Positions 24,060-38,667 of a DNA stretch of 64,000 nucleotides are shown in pieces. Position 1 is the first letter of the stretch; every line of letters starts with the position of its first letter. The notes beneath the pieces are model-generated. The model saw only the letters and a list, made by a program, of their open reading frames with translations, did no database searches and had not been told where the DNA came from. This DNA comes from Octopus sinensis (lineage: Eukaryota). A program made the translations under genes and the position numbers. The stretch covers positions 24,242,001 to 24,306,000 of the forward strand of contig NC_043016.1 of the NCBI RefSeq assembly GCF_006345805.1, given 5' to 3'.

Positions 24060-25400
24060 GGTATGTTAATTTTTGAATAAGATTATTTTCCCTATTTATT
24101 CGTGTTTGGTCAATGGTGTTGTCTGGGCATTGGTATAGTGGGAAAACTAGGAATTTGGGGGACTTGTTTTGTACACAGAGATCTTAGTGACCACTAAGTG
24201 GTATTTGTCTTGTGGTGGGATCCCTCAGTTGTTGGCCATGAACTGTAATCCTTTCTCTGAGGGTAAGGCTCATTTGCTCTATATAATCTTTCTGGCACCC
24301 TTCACACCTTATGGCATAAAGCAAATTCTTTGATGCGCAGATGAAGTTATTTTTTATGACAAAGTGTGTCTCAACTGGAATTTGTATACTGTTCCTTCAA
24401 TGAGGTGGATGCAAGTCCTGTAGTTGGAACGACCACATTTTTTGACGGTGGGTGTGGGCTTGTGTTGTATAATTTTGCATTGGTCAGTAAGTTTTTTAGG
24501 GATTTGGGTTGTCTTTTGCTTTTTATTATTTTATGGGTTTCAAGTGCTTTTCTTAGACGTGGGTCTTGACTCAGTAGTGGGATGTTCTTGTATATAATTG
24601 CGTGAGCTTCTGCATTTCTTGGATTGTGTGTTGAGAGATATGGGAGACTATTTAATGTACCATGAGTGTGTTTTGGTTTTCATAAGACTTGGGTAGCAAT
24701 TTTCTTAGCCCATTCTATTCCATTGTCAACTAATGGTGCTGGGTAATGTCTTTTGAGAAGAATTGCCTTTAGTTCTTGGAGTCTTTCAGTTCATGTTCTA
24801 TAATTTGAGACAATTGTACAGATTCTTCTCGCTAGGTTGAAGGGGATATTTGTCTTCATGTGCTTTGGGTTATTGGAGGTGAACAGAAGTTATTGTTTGG
24901 AATCAGTTGGTTTGTAGTGGATATCAGTTTCAATGTTGGTGCCTTTTTTAATAATAAGAATGTCAAGAAAAGGAAGTTAGTCTTGACTATATTCCATTGC
25001 AAATTGGATATGGTTGTTGACACTGTTGATTAAGTTTCTGAAATCAATGAGTTGGTCAAGTGTGTGGGACCATAGGATGAGGCAATCATCCAAGTAGTGT
25101 TTCCAATTCTCCAACAGGTATTTGTGGAAAGACAGGCTGTATTTATATTTGGACTCTTAATAAATTTTTAAATTCTAGATAGGCCATCATCAGGTTTGCA
25201 TAAGTAGGGGCAACTTCAGTACCCATTGCAGTCCCTCATAGCCATCTGTAGGTATTATTATTAAAATTCAAAAAGTTGTTTTGGAGGATAAACTTAAGGC
25301 CCTCGATGATAAATTCTTTTTTTATTCTTTCTGGGACCTTATTGGGGTATTCCAATAACCAGAATTTAATGGCTTCTAGTCCATATTGATATAGGTCCAC
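24060..25400 (-). mobile_element. Penelope-like retroelement remnant (RT and GIY-YIG endonuclease)
   Basis: Manual translation: GTAMGTEVAPTYANL, WKHYLDD, FLDILI, YKPTDSKQ, NIPFNLARRI, then NLLYAIRCEGCQKDYI and LRERITVH. Confidence 0.85.
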
Positions 25401-25922
25401 CAACTCATTGATTTCAAAAACTATATATATATAAACACATACATACATGCTTATATACACACATGCATGCTAACATACAAACATCCAGACATACATATAT
25501 AAATGCACACATACATATATAGATACACATACATATGCACACACTCTGTGTTTGTCTTTCTCTCTCTTTCTCTCTCTCTCTTTCTCTTTCTTTCCATATG
25601 TTTTTAAACCACTAATTGGTGAAGTCAACCAATTGCTTGAAATTATACATGTATCAAACTGCACATTTTCAGCATGTGTAATGACTATTTAAGTCATATA
25701 AAACACACAAACAAACAATCACCCATCCACACACACATGCATGTATGTATAAATATATATTCACTATATTGTGTTAAAGATATTGGTGTATGTACTTGTG
25801 CATTGTGTTGTTGCAAAAATTGGAGCTGGGACAGAGGGACACCTCAGGTTCATATAAGAAAACTCTTCTACAAGATTTGAGTGTTTTTTTCCCTCATTTG
25901 TAAACCTAGATGCATCTATCTA

Positions 25923-26006
<84 letters not shown>

Positions 26007-26713
26007 TTGCACAGTTACATACTAACACATACTCACACATATATATCTATGTAAGTAGAAACATACATACATGCATACACAGACAGAAGCTCACGCATAT
26101 ATGCATTTGTGTGTGTGTGTACATATATTTCCATATTTCACATATATTTTGTACACCATCTGGATTTGAAGTGCCACACATTTTGTGAACCTGAATTTTA
26201 CTTCAATTTTTTTTTAATGTTAGAAAATGACTTGCACAATGATGATGGAGCTTGGTAGAAGGAAAGGTAAATAGATAATAAATGATAGAAGAAGAAGAAA
26301 ATAACGAGATAAAAGAACAATTTAAAAACATTTAAAATGAATACTAGAAATATCAATAAAATCAATGCTTTTGGTGTTGCTGCTATTGTTGTTGTTGTTG
26401 ACAAGATATTGATTCCCTTGGTAAGGAATTATTATGCTCAAAATCAATACTAACGAGTTATGGACATGGTATGAACAAAGAAGCCCAGTAGACTTTTCAA
26501 GAAGCAAGATTTAGGTTGCTTGAAAATAAAATACACTCGGCAGAATGGTAGTTCCATTGGAACAAGAGAAATAATCACACGGATTGAAAAAGAAATTGAT
26601 GATTCTGTTCACAGTCTTGAGTAACCCAACCCAGGGCAAAACTCCAGAGTAATCTGCCAACTTTTAATATAATAAACAAATACATATATGTAAACATACA
26701 TACAGTAAACACA

Positions 26714-26753
<40 letters not shown>

Positions 26754-26788
26754 TATACACACATACACACACATTTGTGTATGTATAT

Positions 26789-26856
<68 letters not shown>

Positions 26857-26858
<2 letters not shown>

Positions 26859-28170
26859 GGATTGGATTGCCTATATTCAGTCCACCGCAGGTTGAAAGCT
26901 TCAACATGTTCTCTCCATCAATACATTGTCAGTGTTGAAGCCATGAATTTGAGCTTGAGATCATATGGGTTTGATGAGCCTGCCTGCTCTTGTCTTACAT
27001 CTTGATGGCAAATTTGGAGTCCATGGCACTATGCAGTGGTGCCCAGTTCTAATATTTGTGTAACTCTTGATGCCAAGTCCTTCCAGGATTCTCCGAAGTA
27101 TATTATGGCATATCTTTCTCGCCTATGCTCTAAGGAATAGAGTCTTAATCTCTTGAGTCTTTCCCAATAGTTTATATGCTGTGTAGAGGCTATCTTCTTC
27201 GTGTAGCTTTGTTGGATTGCCTCAAGTTCTGAGATTAATTTGATACTGGTTGGTGACCAAAGTTGAGAGCAATAGTCAAAGTAGCTTAGGACAAGTGTCC
27301 TCCAGAGGACCATCATGGTTTCCTGATCTCTTGTTCTAAAAGTTCTAAGAATCCAACCGGTCAGCCACCTGCATTTCATTGCCAATTTAGCAACATGTAC
27401 ATGAAAAGATGCATCATTAGTCATGTAAATGCCCAGGTCTTGCACTGACTGTGCCTCTGGGATTGCAATCCATGCAGGTCCAGTGTATTTAATGGGTATT
27501 GCATTTAGTTTTGCATGCTGATAGCACAAGGTTTGAAACTTTTCAGCATTAAACTGCATGCTATTCGTTTCAGCCCGCTTGTATATTTCATCCAGCTCAC
27601 ATTGCAGGTACAAAGTATCTTCAGGGTTTTGTATTACCTGTGAGACTTTTGTATCATCTGCATAACTTGTGATCATAGCTCTCTGTGTGGCTGAGGGCAT
27701 ATCTGAGAGGGCCATTATGAACAGTAATGGTCCCAAAACAGTGCCTTGTGGAACACTGCTCACTATTTGTGTGTCATTGGATGTGGCCCCATTGGCTACT
27801 ACCACCTGACTTCTATCCTTCAGAAAGTCATGAAGCCATTCTCCCAATTTTCCAACTATGCCGAGATCATGCAGTTTGTGACATATCATTCCATGATCAA
27901 CTTTATCAAAGGCCTTTGCAAAGTCGAGATATATCATTTCCACATTTGAGTGTTTGAGCAGCTGTTTCAGCACCCAGTCATAGTGTTGTAAGAGCTGAGT
28001 CAGGCAGCTTCTTCTAGGTTGGAGACCATGTTGGGTGTCAGGCAGTAAGTCATTTTCTTCAAGGAAGGCGATTAGTTTTCTTCTGACTATTCGTTCCATG
28101 ACCTTGCTGATGTGTGAGGTCAGAGAGATAGGTCTGTAGTTCTTGGCCTCAGCTCTGCTACCTCCTTTAT
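26857..28170 (-). mobile_element. CR1/L2-group LINE, 5'-truncated RT
   Basis: 356-aa ORF 27029-28099 with QHG, YLDFAKAFDKVDH, VPQGTVLGPLLF, YADDTK, DLG; NYRPISLTS just upstream. Confidence 0.92.
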
Positions 28171-28214
28171 TGGGTTCTCAGAGGTGTCTGCATCATTCTG
28201 ATAGTCTCCAGAGA

Positions 28215-28457
28215 AACAAGCGGCCAAACTATTGTGTGTATATATGTTTGTGTGTCTGTGTTCGTCCCTCCAACATCACTTGACAACCAATGCTAGTGTG
28301 TTTACATTCCCATAACTTAGCAGATCGGCAAAAGAGACCAAAAGAATAAGTACTAGACTTACAAAGAATAAGTCCTGGGGTCGATTTGTTCAACTAAAAG
28401 TGGTGCCCGAGCATGGCCACAGTCAAATGACTGAAACAAGTAAAAGAATAAAAGAGT
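28215..28457 (+). mobile_element. SINE family A, 3' half
   Basis: Matches 2291-2490. Confidence 0.8.
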
Positions 28458-28657
28458 ATTTTCCAGTGACAATATTCATCTATGAAAACTGACTTCTTTA
28501 ATGCAAGAAGCCTTATGACTATCTTTATGTATTAAAGGGTGTGTATGTGTATGAATGGCTGTATATTTCTATATGCAAGTGTATATATGTATGTTTGTAT
28601 TTATGCATGTTTGGTTGTGTATTTATGTATGTATGGGTGTGTGTACATGTTTTTCTG

Positions 28658-28690
<33 letters not shown>

Positions 28691-29229
28691 ATATATATAT
28701 AATTATATATATATATATAATATATATTATATATATATATATAATATATATATATATATACACACACATGCCCACAGAAAAAAGACATGTACTCATACAC
28801 ATATAGTTACACGCACACACATACACATATGTGAGAGAGAGAGAAAACATCTGTGTGCCTATGTATTGTTGAGAGTCACAGCTCATTAAACCAACAAGAG
28901 ACCTGACAGCTGTCATAAAAGTTTTGTTAGTTCTATAATGGACTTAACCAATATCCAAGTCATTTAATTGTCACCGATCCATTCTATTAAACTGAAAATT
29001 GGTACCATCTACCATACAAGTGACAAGAATTATCAGCTTGCAGTGTTACATTGTCAGCTTTGCATTAGAATTAGATTCTAAGCTTTGGTTCTGACATTGA
29101 TCCAGCCTTGCATGGCTGTTGGAATTCAACCAACCATCCCCTCGTAACTGCATTATAATTTCATGTCTAAAGAGGACAGTGGGTTGGCAGAGTTTTTTGA
29201 GTATCAAACAAAATCTCTTGTGGTATTTA

Positions 29230-29640
29230 GTCTTACTCTCTTTTACTCTTTTACTTGTTTCAGTCATTTGACTGCGGCCATGCTGGAGCACTGCCTTTAG
29301 TCGAGCAAATCGACCCCGGGACTTATTCTATCGGTCTCTTTTGCCAAACCGCTAAGTGACGGGGATGTAAACACACCAGCATCGGTTGTCAAGCAATGCT
29401 AGGGGAACAAACACATACACACAAACACACACACATACACACATATATATATATGTATATATAATATACATTATTATGACAGGCTTCTTTCAGTTTCCGT
29501 CTACCAAATCCACTCACAAGGCATTGGTCGGCCCAGGGCTATAGCAGAAGACACTTGCCCAAGATGCCACACAGTGGGACTGAACCTGGAACCATGTGGC
29601 TGGTAAGCAAGCTACTTACCACACAGCCACTCCTGCGCCT
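29230..29640 (-). mobile_element. SINE family A, full length
   Basis: tRNA-like head, internal microsatellite, GTAAAAGA tail repeats. Confidence 0.85.
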
Positions 29641-30049
29641 ATGTTCACATTTTACTGTTCACATTTTAAGTTCAAATTGCACTGAAGTTAACTTTGCTTC
29701 TCATTCATTTGCACTCAATGATATAAAGTACCAGGTAGCTATTGGGACCAGTGAAATAAAGCACCAGTCAAATACTTGGGTCAACATAATTAACTAACTT
29801 CCTCCTAAAATTGCTGGCCTTGTACCAACATTTTTTTGTGTCTGAATCTAATGTTTCTGTTATGTCTCAAATCATCCAAACAGTAAGAAATTTGGGAATC
29901 TAAAATTGTTACTCTGTTCTTAAATTTTTTTTTCTCAGTGAAGATTAAGAGCAGTGGCCTTGATGTCCTTTAAGGGCTCCTAAACTGATGGGAAGGACAG
30001 AAAGAAGGAGCAAGACATCTTCAAACTGGAAACCTAGCTTGAGTACCTG

Positions 30050-30420
30050 CATCATCATCATCATTGTTTAATGTCCGCTTTCCATGCTAGCATGGGTTGG
30101 ACGATTTGACTGAGGACTGGCAAACCAGATGGCTGCACCAGGCTCCAATCTGATCTGGCAGAATTCTATTCACAGCTGGATGCCCTTCATAACACCAACC
30201 ACTCCGAGAGTGTAGTGGGTACTTTTACATGCCACCGGCACGAGGGCCAGTCAGGTGGTACTGGCAACGGCCACGCTCAAATGGTGTTTTTTACATGCCA
30301 CTTGCACAGGAGCCAGTCCAGCGGCACCGGCAACAACCTCACTCGAATATTGTTTTATGCGTGCCACCAGCACAAATGCCAGTAATGCGACACTGGTAAC
30401 AATCACGTTTGAATGGTGCA
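30050..30420 (-). mobile_element. RTE 3' UTR fragment
   Basis: Matches 781-1285 with (CAT)n; similar fragments at 35550-35770, 41815-42125, 53240-53345 (-) and 48095-48333, 61440-61790 (+). Confidence 0.85.
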
Positions 30421-32451
30421 GTAGAATGAAAATAGTTTTAAGATAATTTTTAGACATTTTCGAACGGGAATGTACTTTTACATTTTTTTCTGGTTTACTT
30501 GTTGGATCTGTAGGGAGGGGCATTGTCCATGGTCTCAGGTTCCTCCCTAGACCAGCAAGATTGATGTCATTAATGTTCCTTTACCTCCTTTATATGTCCA
30601 TACCTCCTTTATAGTCTCTCTCACTCTCTCTCTCACATGCATACTTGAAGGAACAGGCATGGATGTGTGTCTAAGAAGTTCACTTCCTAATCACATGATT
30701 TCAGGTTCAGTTACACTGTGAGGACCTTGAGCAAGCTTCTTCTACTGTCACCCTACCCCAACCAAAGCCATGTGAGTGGATTTGGTACACAGAAATAAAG
30801 TCTTGTGTGTGTGGGTTGAAACAAATGTGGTTATAAGTAGTGGCTCATAATATATCAAATAAAATGTTCCTTGGATAGGGAAAAAAAAACGAAGGCAGAA
30901 TCATCTACAGAAATTAAACTGATTACTGGATAGCTGTAATAATCTCTACACCAAGGATATCCTGACTATTTTCAACCATCTGAATTACATGCTATATCTA
31001 TATAAGCAAGAAAGTGAACAAATTTCTTTTTAAATATATCAATATTGTGGATTCTGGTTAATTTGAAAATTATACTATATCAGGATGAGAACAGTTTGGG
31101 CTAATTAAGCAGCTATAATGAGCTGAAAAGACATAAAAGTAAAGTCAAAGCATGGTGTATCATACTGAAGTTTGTTTATGGTATCTCTGTGTGTCTTTGT
31201 GACAGCTGGAAATTAGTTTTGTCAATTAATCAAAGGATTATCTTTTTCAATAAAACTCAATGGACTGCACTGTAATTAGATTGATGTTTATAAATATAAA
31301 CTCATAAAATTATATGAATACATCAATATTATTGCTATTATTATTGTTGTTGTTGTTGTTCTTGTTGCTATCAGTAAAGTGATTGTTTCTATTGTTGCTA
31401 TATTGCTGTTGTAGTTGCTATTATTGTTGTGATTGTTGTTCTATTAGCAACAGTACTAGTTGTTGCTTTTGTTGTTGCTTTGTTACTTTTATTGTTCTTG
31501 TTGTTGTAGTCTGCTCTGCTGTGAACAAAATGTCTTCTTCCAGAATTACCTTGCAACAGAAAAATTTTATTTCTTGCTTTTTTAATATCCTTTAACTACC
31601 AAAGGATTTTGGAGCATTTAAACATCCATCACTTTATTTGGGGTGGGAGGAATGATTTGTCTGTAGACATTTAAAAAAGAACTATTTAAATATTTTTGAC
31701 ATTTACAACATTTGCACATTGAAAGATGGCTGCCTTGAAAACAGAAAGAAGAGGTGCACGCTGCACTAGTTGTAACATTAATACAAACAAACATTATCAA
31801 ACAGAAACAAGGAGCTTTGATTTCTGTCACTTACACATGCACAGCAGAAAAAAACACAAGAAAGGAATGCTAACTGAAACAATAATTTAAGTGAAAGTAT
31901 TAAAAAATGACATCAACATTAACAGCAAAATACTATCATCATTTGCTAATGTTGTGGAGAAAAAAGGGATTGGCTTGACTTGAGCCAGTTTAAAGAAAAA
32001 GATGTGTAAGTAAGATACGTCACAAAAAGTAGTGACTCCTTTCTCAACAGATATATCCAGGAAAGGGCAAGGAGATAGGTAATATTATGTTTTGTTGTAT
32101 ACTCTTCACAATTAACTTAGTGGAAACCTTGACTGAAGTGTAGCAGGATGTTCTCTCGACAAACTGAAATAGGACATAAAGAAGCATGTGTTTGGGATTT
32201 TTTTAGGCTGAGGTTTAGAGGAAGAGACAAGTAGACTCTTATCCATAGGCTGTTTCCATACTACCACAGACTGAAATACTAAAGTTATGATTTGAGATAT
32301 TGACATGGATGTCAATCATTGGCTTGTTGCCACCTTTGTACAACACTGTGGACTAGTGTATTATATTGTCTTAGTATTGTATTGGATATTTATCTTGAGT
32401 TTGTTTATCTTAATTTTGAAAAATAAAAGACGTATAAAAAAATACCTTATT

Positions 32452-33315
32452 TATGGGATGACCCAATACATTAAAAAGTGTTGGAACTGTTTCTATAGTA
32501 ACAGAGCTAAATTATGCAGAGTGAAGCTGCTTGGCACTGATTGATCTTGAACTCTTGTTACACATACACACTAAGTTATAACGTTCTTGCTCACTTCTGT
32601 TGTTTATAACAGTGCTTGGAAGTAAAGTGTGTAGTGTGATCAGCTCACAGAGAAAACCGAGCAGAGAATCTGCTTCAAATTTTACAAAACTCTTGGTGAT
32701 ATCTGCACAGAAATCTATGCAAAATTGCAGAAAGTGTATGGAGGGGAGCATATGAGCTGGACAGAGATGTATGAGTGGCTCAAACATTTCCAAGATGGCC
32801 AACAAAATGTTGACAGTGATGTAATTCTGAGAGACATGCAACCAACAGAATTGATGAAAACATCATAGATATATGTGCATCTGTTTGGAAAGACCGTGAA
32901 ATCACCATGCGTGAGTTTCTAGAGGGTATGAGCATTAGATACAGTTCAATTCAGTCCATTCTCAATGAGATGTGTGCTTGCCAAGTATGTGCCAATTTTG
33001 CAGCAGTTTTTGGCCAATCACAACATTCCCCGGGTCCAACAACCACCATATTCTTTAGTCCCTTGTGACATTTCCTATTTCCAAAAATCAAGTCCCACGT
33101 GAAAGAACAAGATTTCAAGACATCAAGGAAATTCAAGAGAATGTGATAAAGCAGCTGCTCACTATCTAAAACAAGAAGCTCCAGGAATGCTTACATCAAT
33201 GGAAACGATGCTGGATAGAGTGTGGGGCTTCAGAAAAGGCTATGTGCCAGATTGATATGTGTTGTAGTTTTCTTTTTATAGCACCAGTTCTGATACTTTT
33301 TGATCATATCTCATA
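32452..33315 (+). mobile_element. Decayed mariner element
   Basis: EQRICFKF...KLQKVYG...YEWLKHFQDG and DREITM N-terminal domain; PCD...FPKIK C-terminal remnant; degenerate inverted ends. Confidence 0.75.
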
Positions 33316-33317
33316 TG

Positions 33318-34232
33318 ACGGGCTTCTTTCAATTTCTGTGTGTCAAATCCATAGCAGGAAGATACTTGCCCAAGGTGCCATATAGTGAGACTGAACCCAA
33401 AACCACATAGTTACAAAGTGAACTTCTTAACCACACTGCCATGCATCCACCTTATATACATGATAGGTGCAGGCATGGTTGTTGTGGTAAAAAGTTTGCT
33501 TCCCAGCCACATGATTCCAGGTTCAGTCCTACTGTATAGCACTTCAGGCAAGTGTTTTCTATAGCCTTGGAATGACTAAGTCCTTGTGGGTGGTTTTGGT
33601 GGATGGAAACTTATGTAAAGAAGAAGCCCATTGTTTATGTGTGTGTGTGTGTCTTTGTGTATGTATTTATTCCCCACCACTGCTTGACAACTGGTGTTAG
33701 TGTGTTTACATCCCCGTATCTTAATGGTTTGGAAAAACAAGACCAATAGAATAAGTACCAGGCTTTACAAAAAATAATAAGTTCTGGGGTCAATTAGTTT
33801 GACTGAAGATTCTTCAAGGCAGTGCCCCAGCATTGCTGCAGTTAAAAGATTGGAACAAGTAAAAGATAAACGATATAATATATATATATATATATATAAT
33901 TCTTTTATTTGTTTCAGTCATTTAACTGTGGCCTTGCTGGGGCACTGCCTTTAGTCTAACAAATCGACTCCAGGACTTATTCTTTGCAAGCCTAGTATTT
34001 ATTCCATCACTCTCTTTTGCCGAACTGCTAAGTTATGGAGACGTAAACACACCAGTATCAGTTGTCAAGCAATGTTCGGAGGACAAACGGACACACAAAA
34101 CACACACATACATATATATATATATATACGATGGGCTTCATTCAGTTTCTGTCTACTAAATCCAGTCACAAGGCTTTGGTCAGCCTGAGGCTATAGTAGA
34201 AAACACTTGCCCAAGGTGCCACGCAATGGAAC
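33318..34232. mobile_element. Cluster of three SINE family A copies (-, +, -)
   Basis: 33318-33450 (-), 33465-33870 (+), 33900-34232 (-) all match 29230-29640. Confidence 0.8.
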
Positions 34233-34627
34233 TATATATATATATATATTATATATATATTATATTAGTTGTATATGTAACTAATAAGATAGGATAGTGA
34301 ATGAGTAAAGAGTTAATGGGTGAAGAGTTAGGTGAAGGGAAGATGAAGAGTGATGGGAAAATGTCTAAAAAGAGGCAATGGCATTATCCTAATGGACATT
34401 GAATAAACGAAGAGCCAATATAAATAGATTATGTTGCAGCTATTTGTGGCATTTCCTTTTTGGATAGGAAGCAATTTAGGATTAAAATTGAAAGAGCTTT
34501 GAAATGACATGTATCTAGTTTGCTTTAATGTTTTATTATTTTATTATACAGTGAGAAGGCAAGGTTTCTTTTAACTGTTATAAATTATATCCTGATTTAC
34601 TTTTCTTTATTTCTAATTTTTAATTAC

Positions 34628-34673
<46 letters not shown>

Positions 34674-35506
34674 TATATATTCTGCTTGGCAAGAAATTTA
34701 GTCTGTGATTGTGGATTGAGGAACCAAGGCAGTCGCATCATGGTAGAGTCACATTAACCCTTTCAAACCCACATGCATCATTATTTTCATTTGTATTTGA
34801 ATTTCCTTTCTACAATATATGTTATCAAGTTTTGGTATCGTTTATGTTAAATTTGTAGTAACCATCATGCAACTAAGTAAAAGCTTGGTCATTCATTTTT
34901 CACCAGTTTATTTGACCAATGAGAAAGCAGTATATCTCAGGAGAACTTGAAAATGTTTCTTTCTTTGGCCATCCTTGGTTTTTCTCTTCTTAGCAGAACT
35001 CAGCTTGAGCAAGTTCTCTATCCTCTATCTTTTAAACCAGAACCTAACTAGAGCAATCAACTAATAAAATCAATCATGGTCTATTCTTGTTTCTGTCCAT
35101 GTTGATATGAAATAGATTTCAAGTGAATGAGATATCTACATTACTTTCTGTTAAAAGCCTTTTGTTATGGTTTGACAGTTAATATGAAAGGGTGAAAAAA
35201 AACCCACGCAAAAACCAGCTTTTTTATTTCTATACTATGCAAAGAAATAATAATAATAATGATGATGATGATGATTTAAAATTTTGGCACAAGGCCAGCA
35301 AGTTCGAGGATGGTGGGGGGGTTGATTACATTGATCTCAGTGCTCAACTGGTACTTATTTTATCGACCCTAAAAGAATGAAAGGCCAAGTCAACCTTAGC
35401 AGAATTTCAGCTCGGACCGTAAAGACGGACAAAATCCCACTAATCATTTTGCCTGGCATGCTAGCAATTCTGCCAGTTTACTGCCTTTATAATATTAATA
35501 ATAATG

Positions 35507-35539
<33 letters not shown>

Positions 35540-36864
35540 GTAATAATAATAATCCTTTAATGTCCATTTTCCATGCTGGCAGGGGTTGGATGGTTTGATC
35601 AGAGCTGGCAAGCAGGAGAGCTGTACTAGGGTCCAGTCTGATTTGGCTTAGTTTCTATGGCTGGGTGCTTTTAACATACCATTGGCATGGGTACTTCTAT
35701 GTGACACCAGCACAAGTTATTTTCACGTGGCACTGGCACAAGTACATTTTATGTGGTACTGACACAAGACTTTTGCTAATAGTTATTAGCCACAGGAGTT
35801 CAAAAGGTACAATAAGATACAATAAACATATAAGTGGTTTGCTATATGTGTAGGGCTGGAAAAATAAAGTCATATTAAAAAGTGGTGAGAAAGAGTGAGG
35901 ACATCATACAAGATTTCTACTAAATTATTCACTGATACTTAATCAGAAATACAGTTATGTTTGATTTGCATCATGACAATAAATTTTGAATAAATCATGT
36001 CCCCAACTTGATTTCAGTTCCTGTCTAAAACCACCTAACTTCATTTTCATCAATCATAGAAATCTATCAGTTCCAATGGATCTGGAAGAAAACAAAAACC
36101 GGGTAAAAGTTTGTATGAAAGACTAACAATTTCTCATGCAACTGGTGTTATCCAAGGTAGGACAAAAGCTGATGCAGTTTGGCACCAATATTCTCACAGG
36201 AATTGCCAGAATGAAGTTGAAGACAATGCAATGTCATGCTAACCTCTGATTTGTAATCAATCAAATTGACCCCAGTACTTCATTCATACTAACACTTTCT
36301 TGTCAACCTTGAAAGAATAAAAAGTAAAGTTGACTTTAATGGGATTTGAACACATAGAACAAATACCACAAAGCATTTTGCCTGATACGTTAACAATTCT
36401 ACTGCAACTGCCTGTGGAAAGGGTATGAATGTCAGGCCTTCTAATATCTGTTCAAGCTCTATGCCAAAGTCAGACACCATGTGATATGACTGTAAAATCC
36501 ATAATGAATCACAGCTTTTTTCCAAAGATTCAAGTGAGTCACTTCATAATTTCAGCTGTTGCCATATCTTGTGTTTTACTAACAGAAAGCAAAACGGGAA
36601 GATATTTTGCATGCGTACAGGCATCGATGTATGCATGTTGTGTGCGTATTTTGGTTCATATGTTTAAATAGTAACCCTTTTGTGAACTATATTTCTAATA
36701 ACAAACATTGCCTGTGTGTTTTATTTCATTTTGAAAATCAATTATTCAGCAGGCTTTAGCAAAAATAACTAAATTCTCCATTATTATGCTGATATTTGGA
36801 AACAATCTTAACAAAAAGTTCTTACAGAAAAATCTGGTGGAAGATTTTTATTAAAAGGCAAACT

Positions 36865-36907
<43 letters not shown>

Positions 36908-37085
36908 ATGAAAAGTTTGGGGTAAAATGATGAAGAATGATCTCCAGATGTTGTGTCTCACAAGGAAAAGGTATAAAATAAAACTCTGTTGAGAGATGAA
37001 AACCCACAAATTTGTGCAAGCATGGTGAGCTACCCATTAAAATGGTGGGAATGATTGGAAAATATATAGCAAAAACATACATAAA

Positions 37086-38160
37086 CAGGGTGCATAAGAT
37101 ATCTGAGGACAGATTTATGTTTATAAAAAAACAGATATATAATAACAGATTATAACTTTATTTATCAAAAAATTCTACGAGGATAACAAGAAACCTTCTT
37201 TTCTATAATGTAATTCAATAAAACCACCTTCAACTTTAACAGCTGCTTCTATATGAGATCTGAATCATCTACATGCTTGAATCAAGTGGTCCTGGATCAT
37301 TTGGGGCATTACTCTGACTATGACAGCTTTCAAAGAATCTTTGGTGTTATGAGCATGTTCATTGGCCCCTCTTTCAACAAAGCTCCACATGGATTGAGAT
37401 CTGGGGAATGAGTCCAATGGATTGAGATCTGAAGAATTAGGAGGCGAATTGTTAAATTTTCAAACATCCATTCCTATGTTACTAGAGTCATGTGTGATAG
37501 TGCCTTCCATTGCATACACTGTCTACCCAGGGCTTAACAATTATTTCCAGGACCTCAATGTAGGTGGCAGAATTAGCTCTAAGGCTTTGTGGAATCACAT
37601 GTCCTTCATTACTGGCAATGCCTAAAACCATGACAGAAGCAGAAAATTTTTTATGTATAACACTTGGAACTTCAGAAGGATCTGCATGTAATCATCTGTC
37701 ATTTCTTCTTTTAACTTTTTCATCTTGGTCAAAGTTTTTCTTGTTTGAGAAAAACCAAATCAAATCTTTTTCTGCTGGGTTTTTCAGTTTGTTTAAGAAC
37801 CTTTTTAGATCTGATGTAGTGATTTCCTTTTGCTTTTTCTGACAAATTGACCTTTCCTCATCATATAAGACATCTGATGTCTTCGTGGACAACATTTCTA
37901 ACTGTTCTATCGAACACATGGAGATCTTTTGCAATTGACCTCATGGATTTCTGGGGTTGTAATCAATGGTCTGTTGAACTTGCTGGATAAATGCAGATGT
38001 TCTGATAATTTCAGAGCATTTAGAATGCTTTTTATGCTTTGATACTGGTGATATGTTTCCATCTCCAGTCTCTAGATCCTTACAAACTGTGTAGACGAAA
38101 AATCTGGCAACTTTTAAAAATCAAGGTATTTCTAAATTGTTACGCTCAGCCTTTATAATC
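37086..38160 (-). mobile_element. Decayed Tc1/mariner-superfamily element (maT/DD37D-like)
   Basis: WFFSNKKNFDQDEKVKRRNDR, SVMVLG, YIEVLEIIVKPW, SPDLNP. Confidence 0.75.
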
Positions 38161-38164
38161 ACAA

Positions 38165-38555
38165 CTAGCAGTATCGCTCGGCGTTGCTCGGGTTGTAAGG
38201 GAAATAACTATATAAGCATTTTAGAGGAGTTATAGCCAAAAAGTAGGAAAAAAATGCATTAAAAATGGAAAAAAAATTAAGGTAAATTTCTTTTTAAATC
38301 GTTGACACATCGTAGATATTTTTAGAGAGTTACTTCCCTTATATAATAGCGAAAAAATGCATTAAAATGGAAAAATATGATGGTAAATTTTTTTTAAATC
38401 GTAGACTCATCGTAGACGCGCGCTAATACCCAGAAGGGCTCGATATGACTCACGACTATAAGATACCCGGTTTTGGTTACACTGCACCGCAAATGTGGGA
38501 GTAGTTAGGATCTAAATATAGGAGACAGACACAAACTCACTCTTATATATAAAGA
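38165..38555 (-). mobile_element. Non-autonomous Helitron H1
   Basis: 5' TC, 3' hairpin and CTAG, inserted between A and T. Confidence 0.88.
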
Positions 38556-38667
38556 TATAAGTCACGTAGTTATATACACATACTTTGTTTATACACATTC
38601 TTAAAAGAAAATGTTATTTTTTGAATACAACATTTATAAAGAATAAAATATTTTTTGGTTTTTTGAC

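Noticed and set aside
29938-30045. + strand coding exon after TTTTTCTCAG
   Set aside because: Stops in all three frames and no clear donor.
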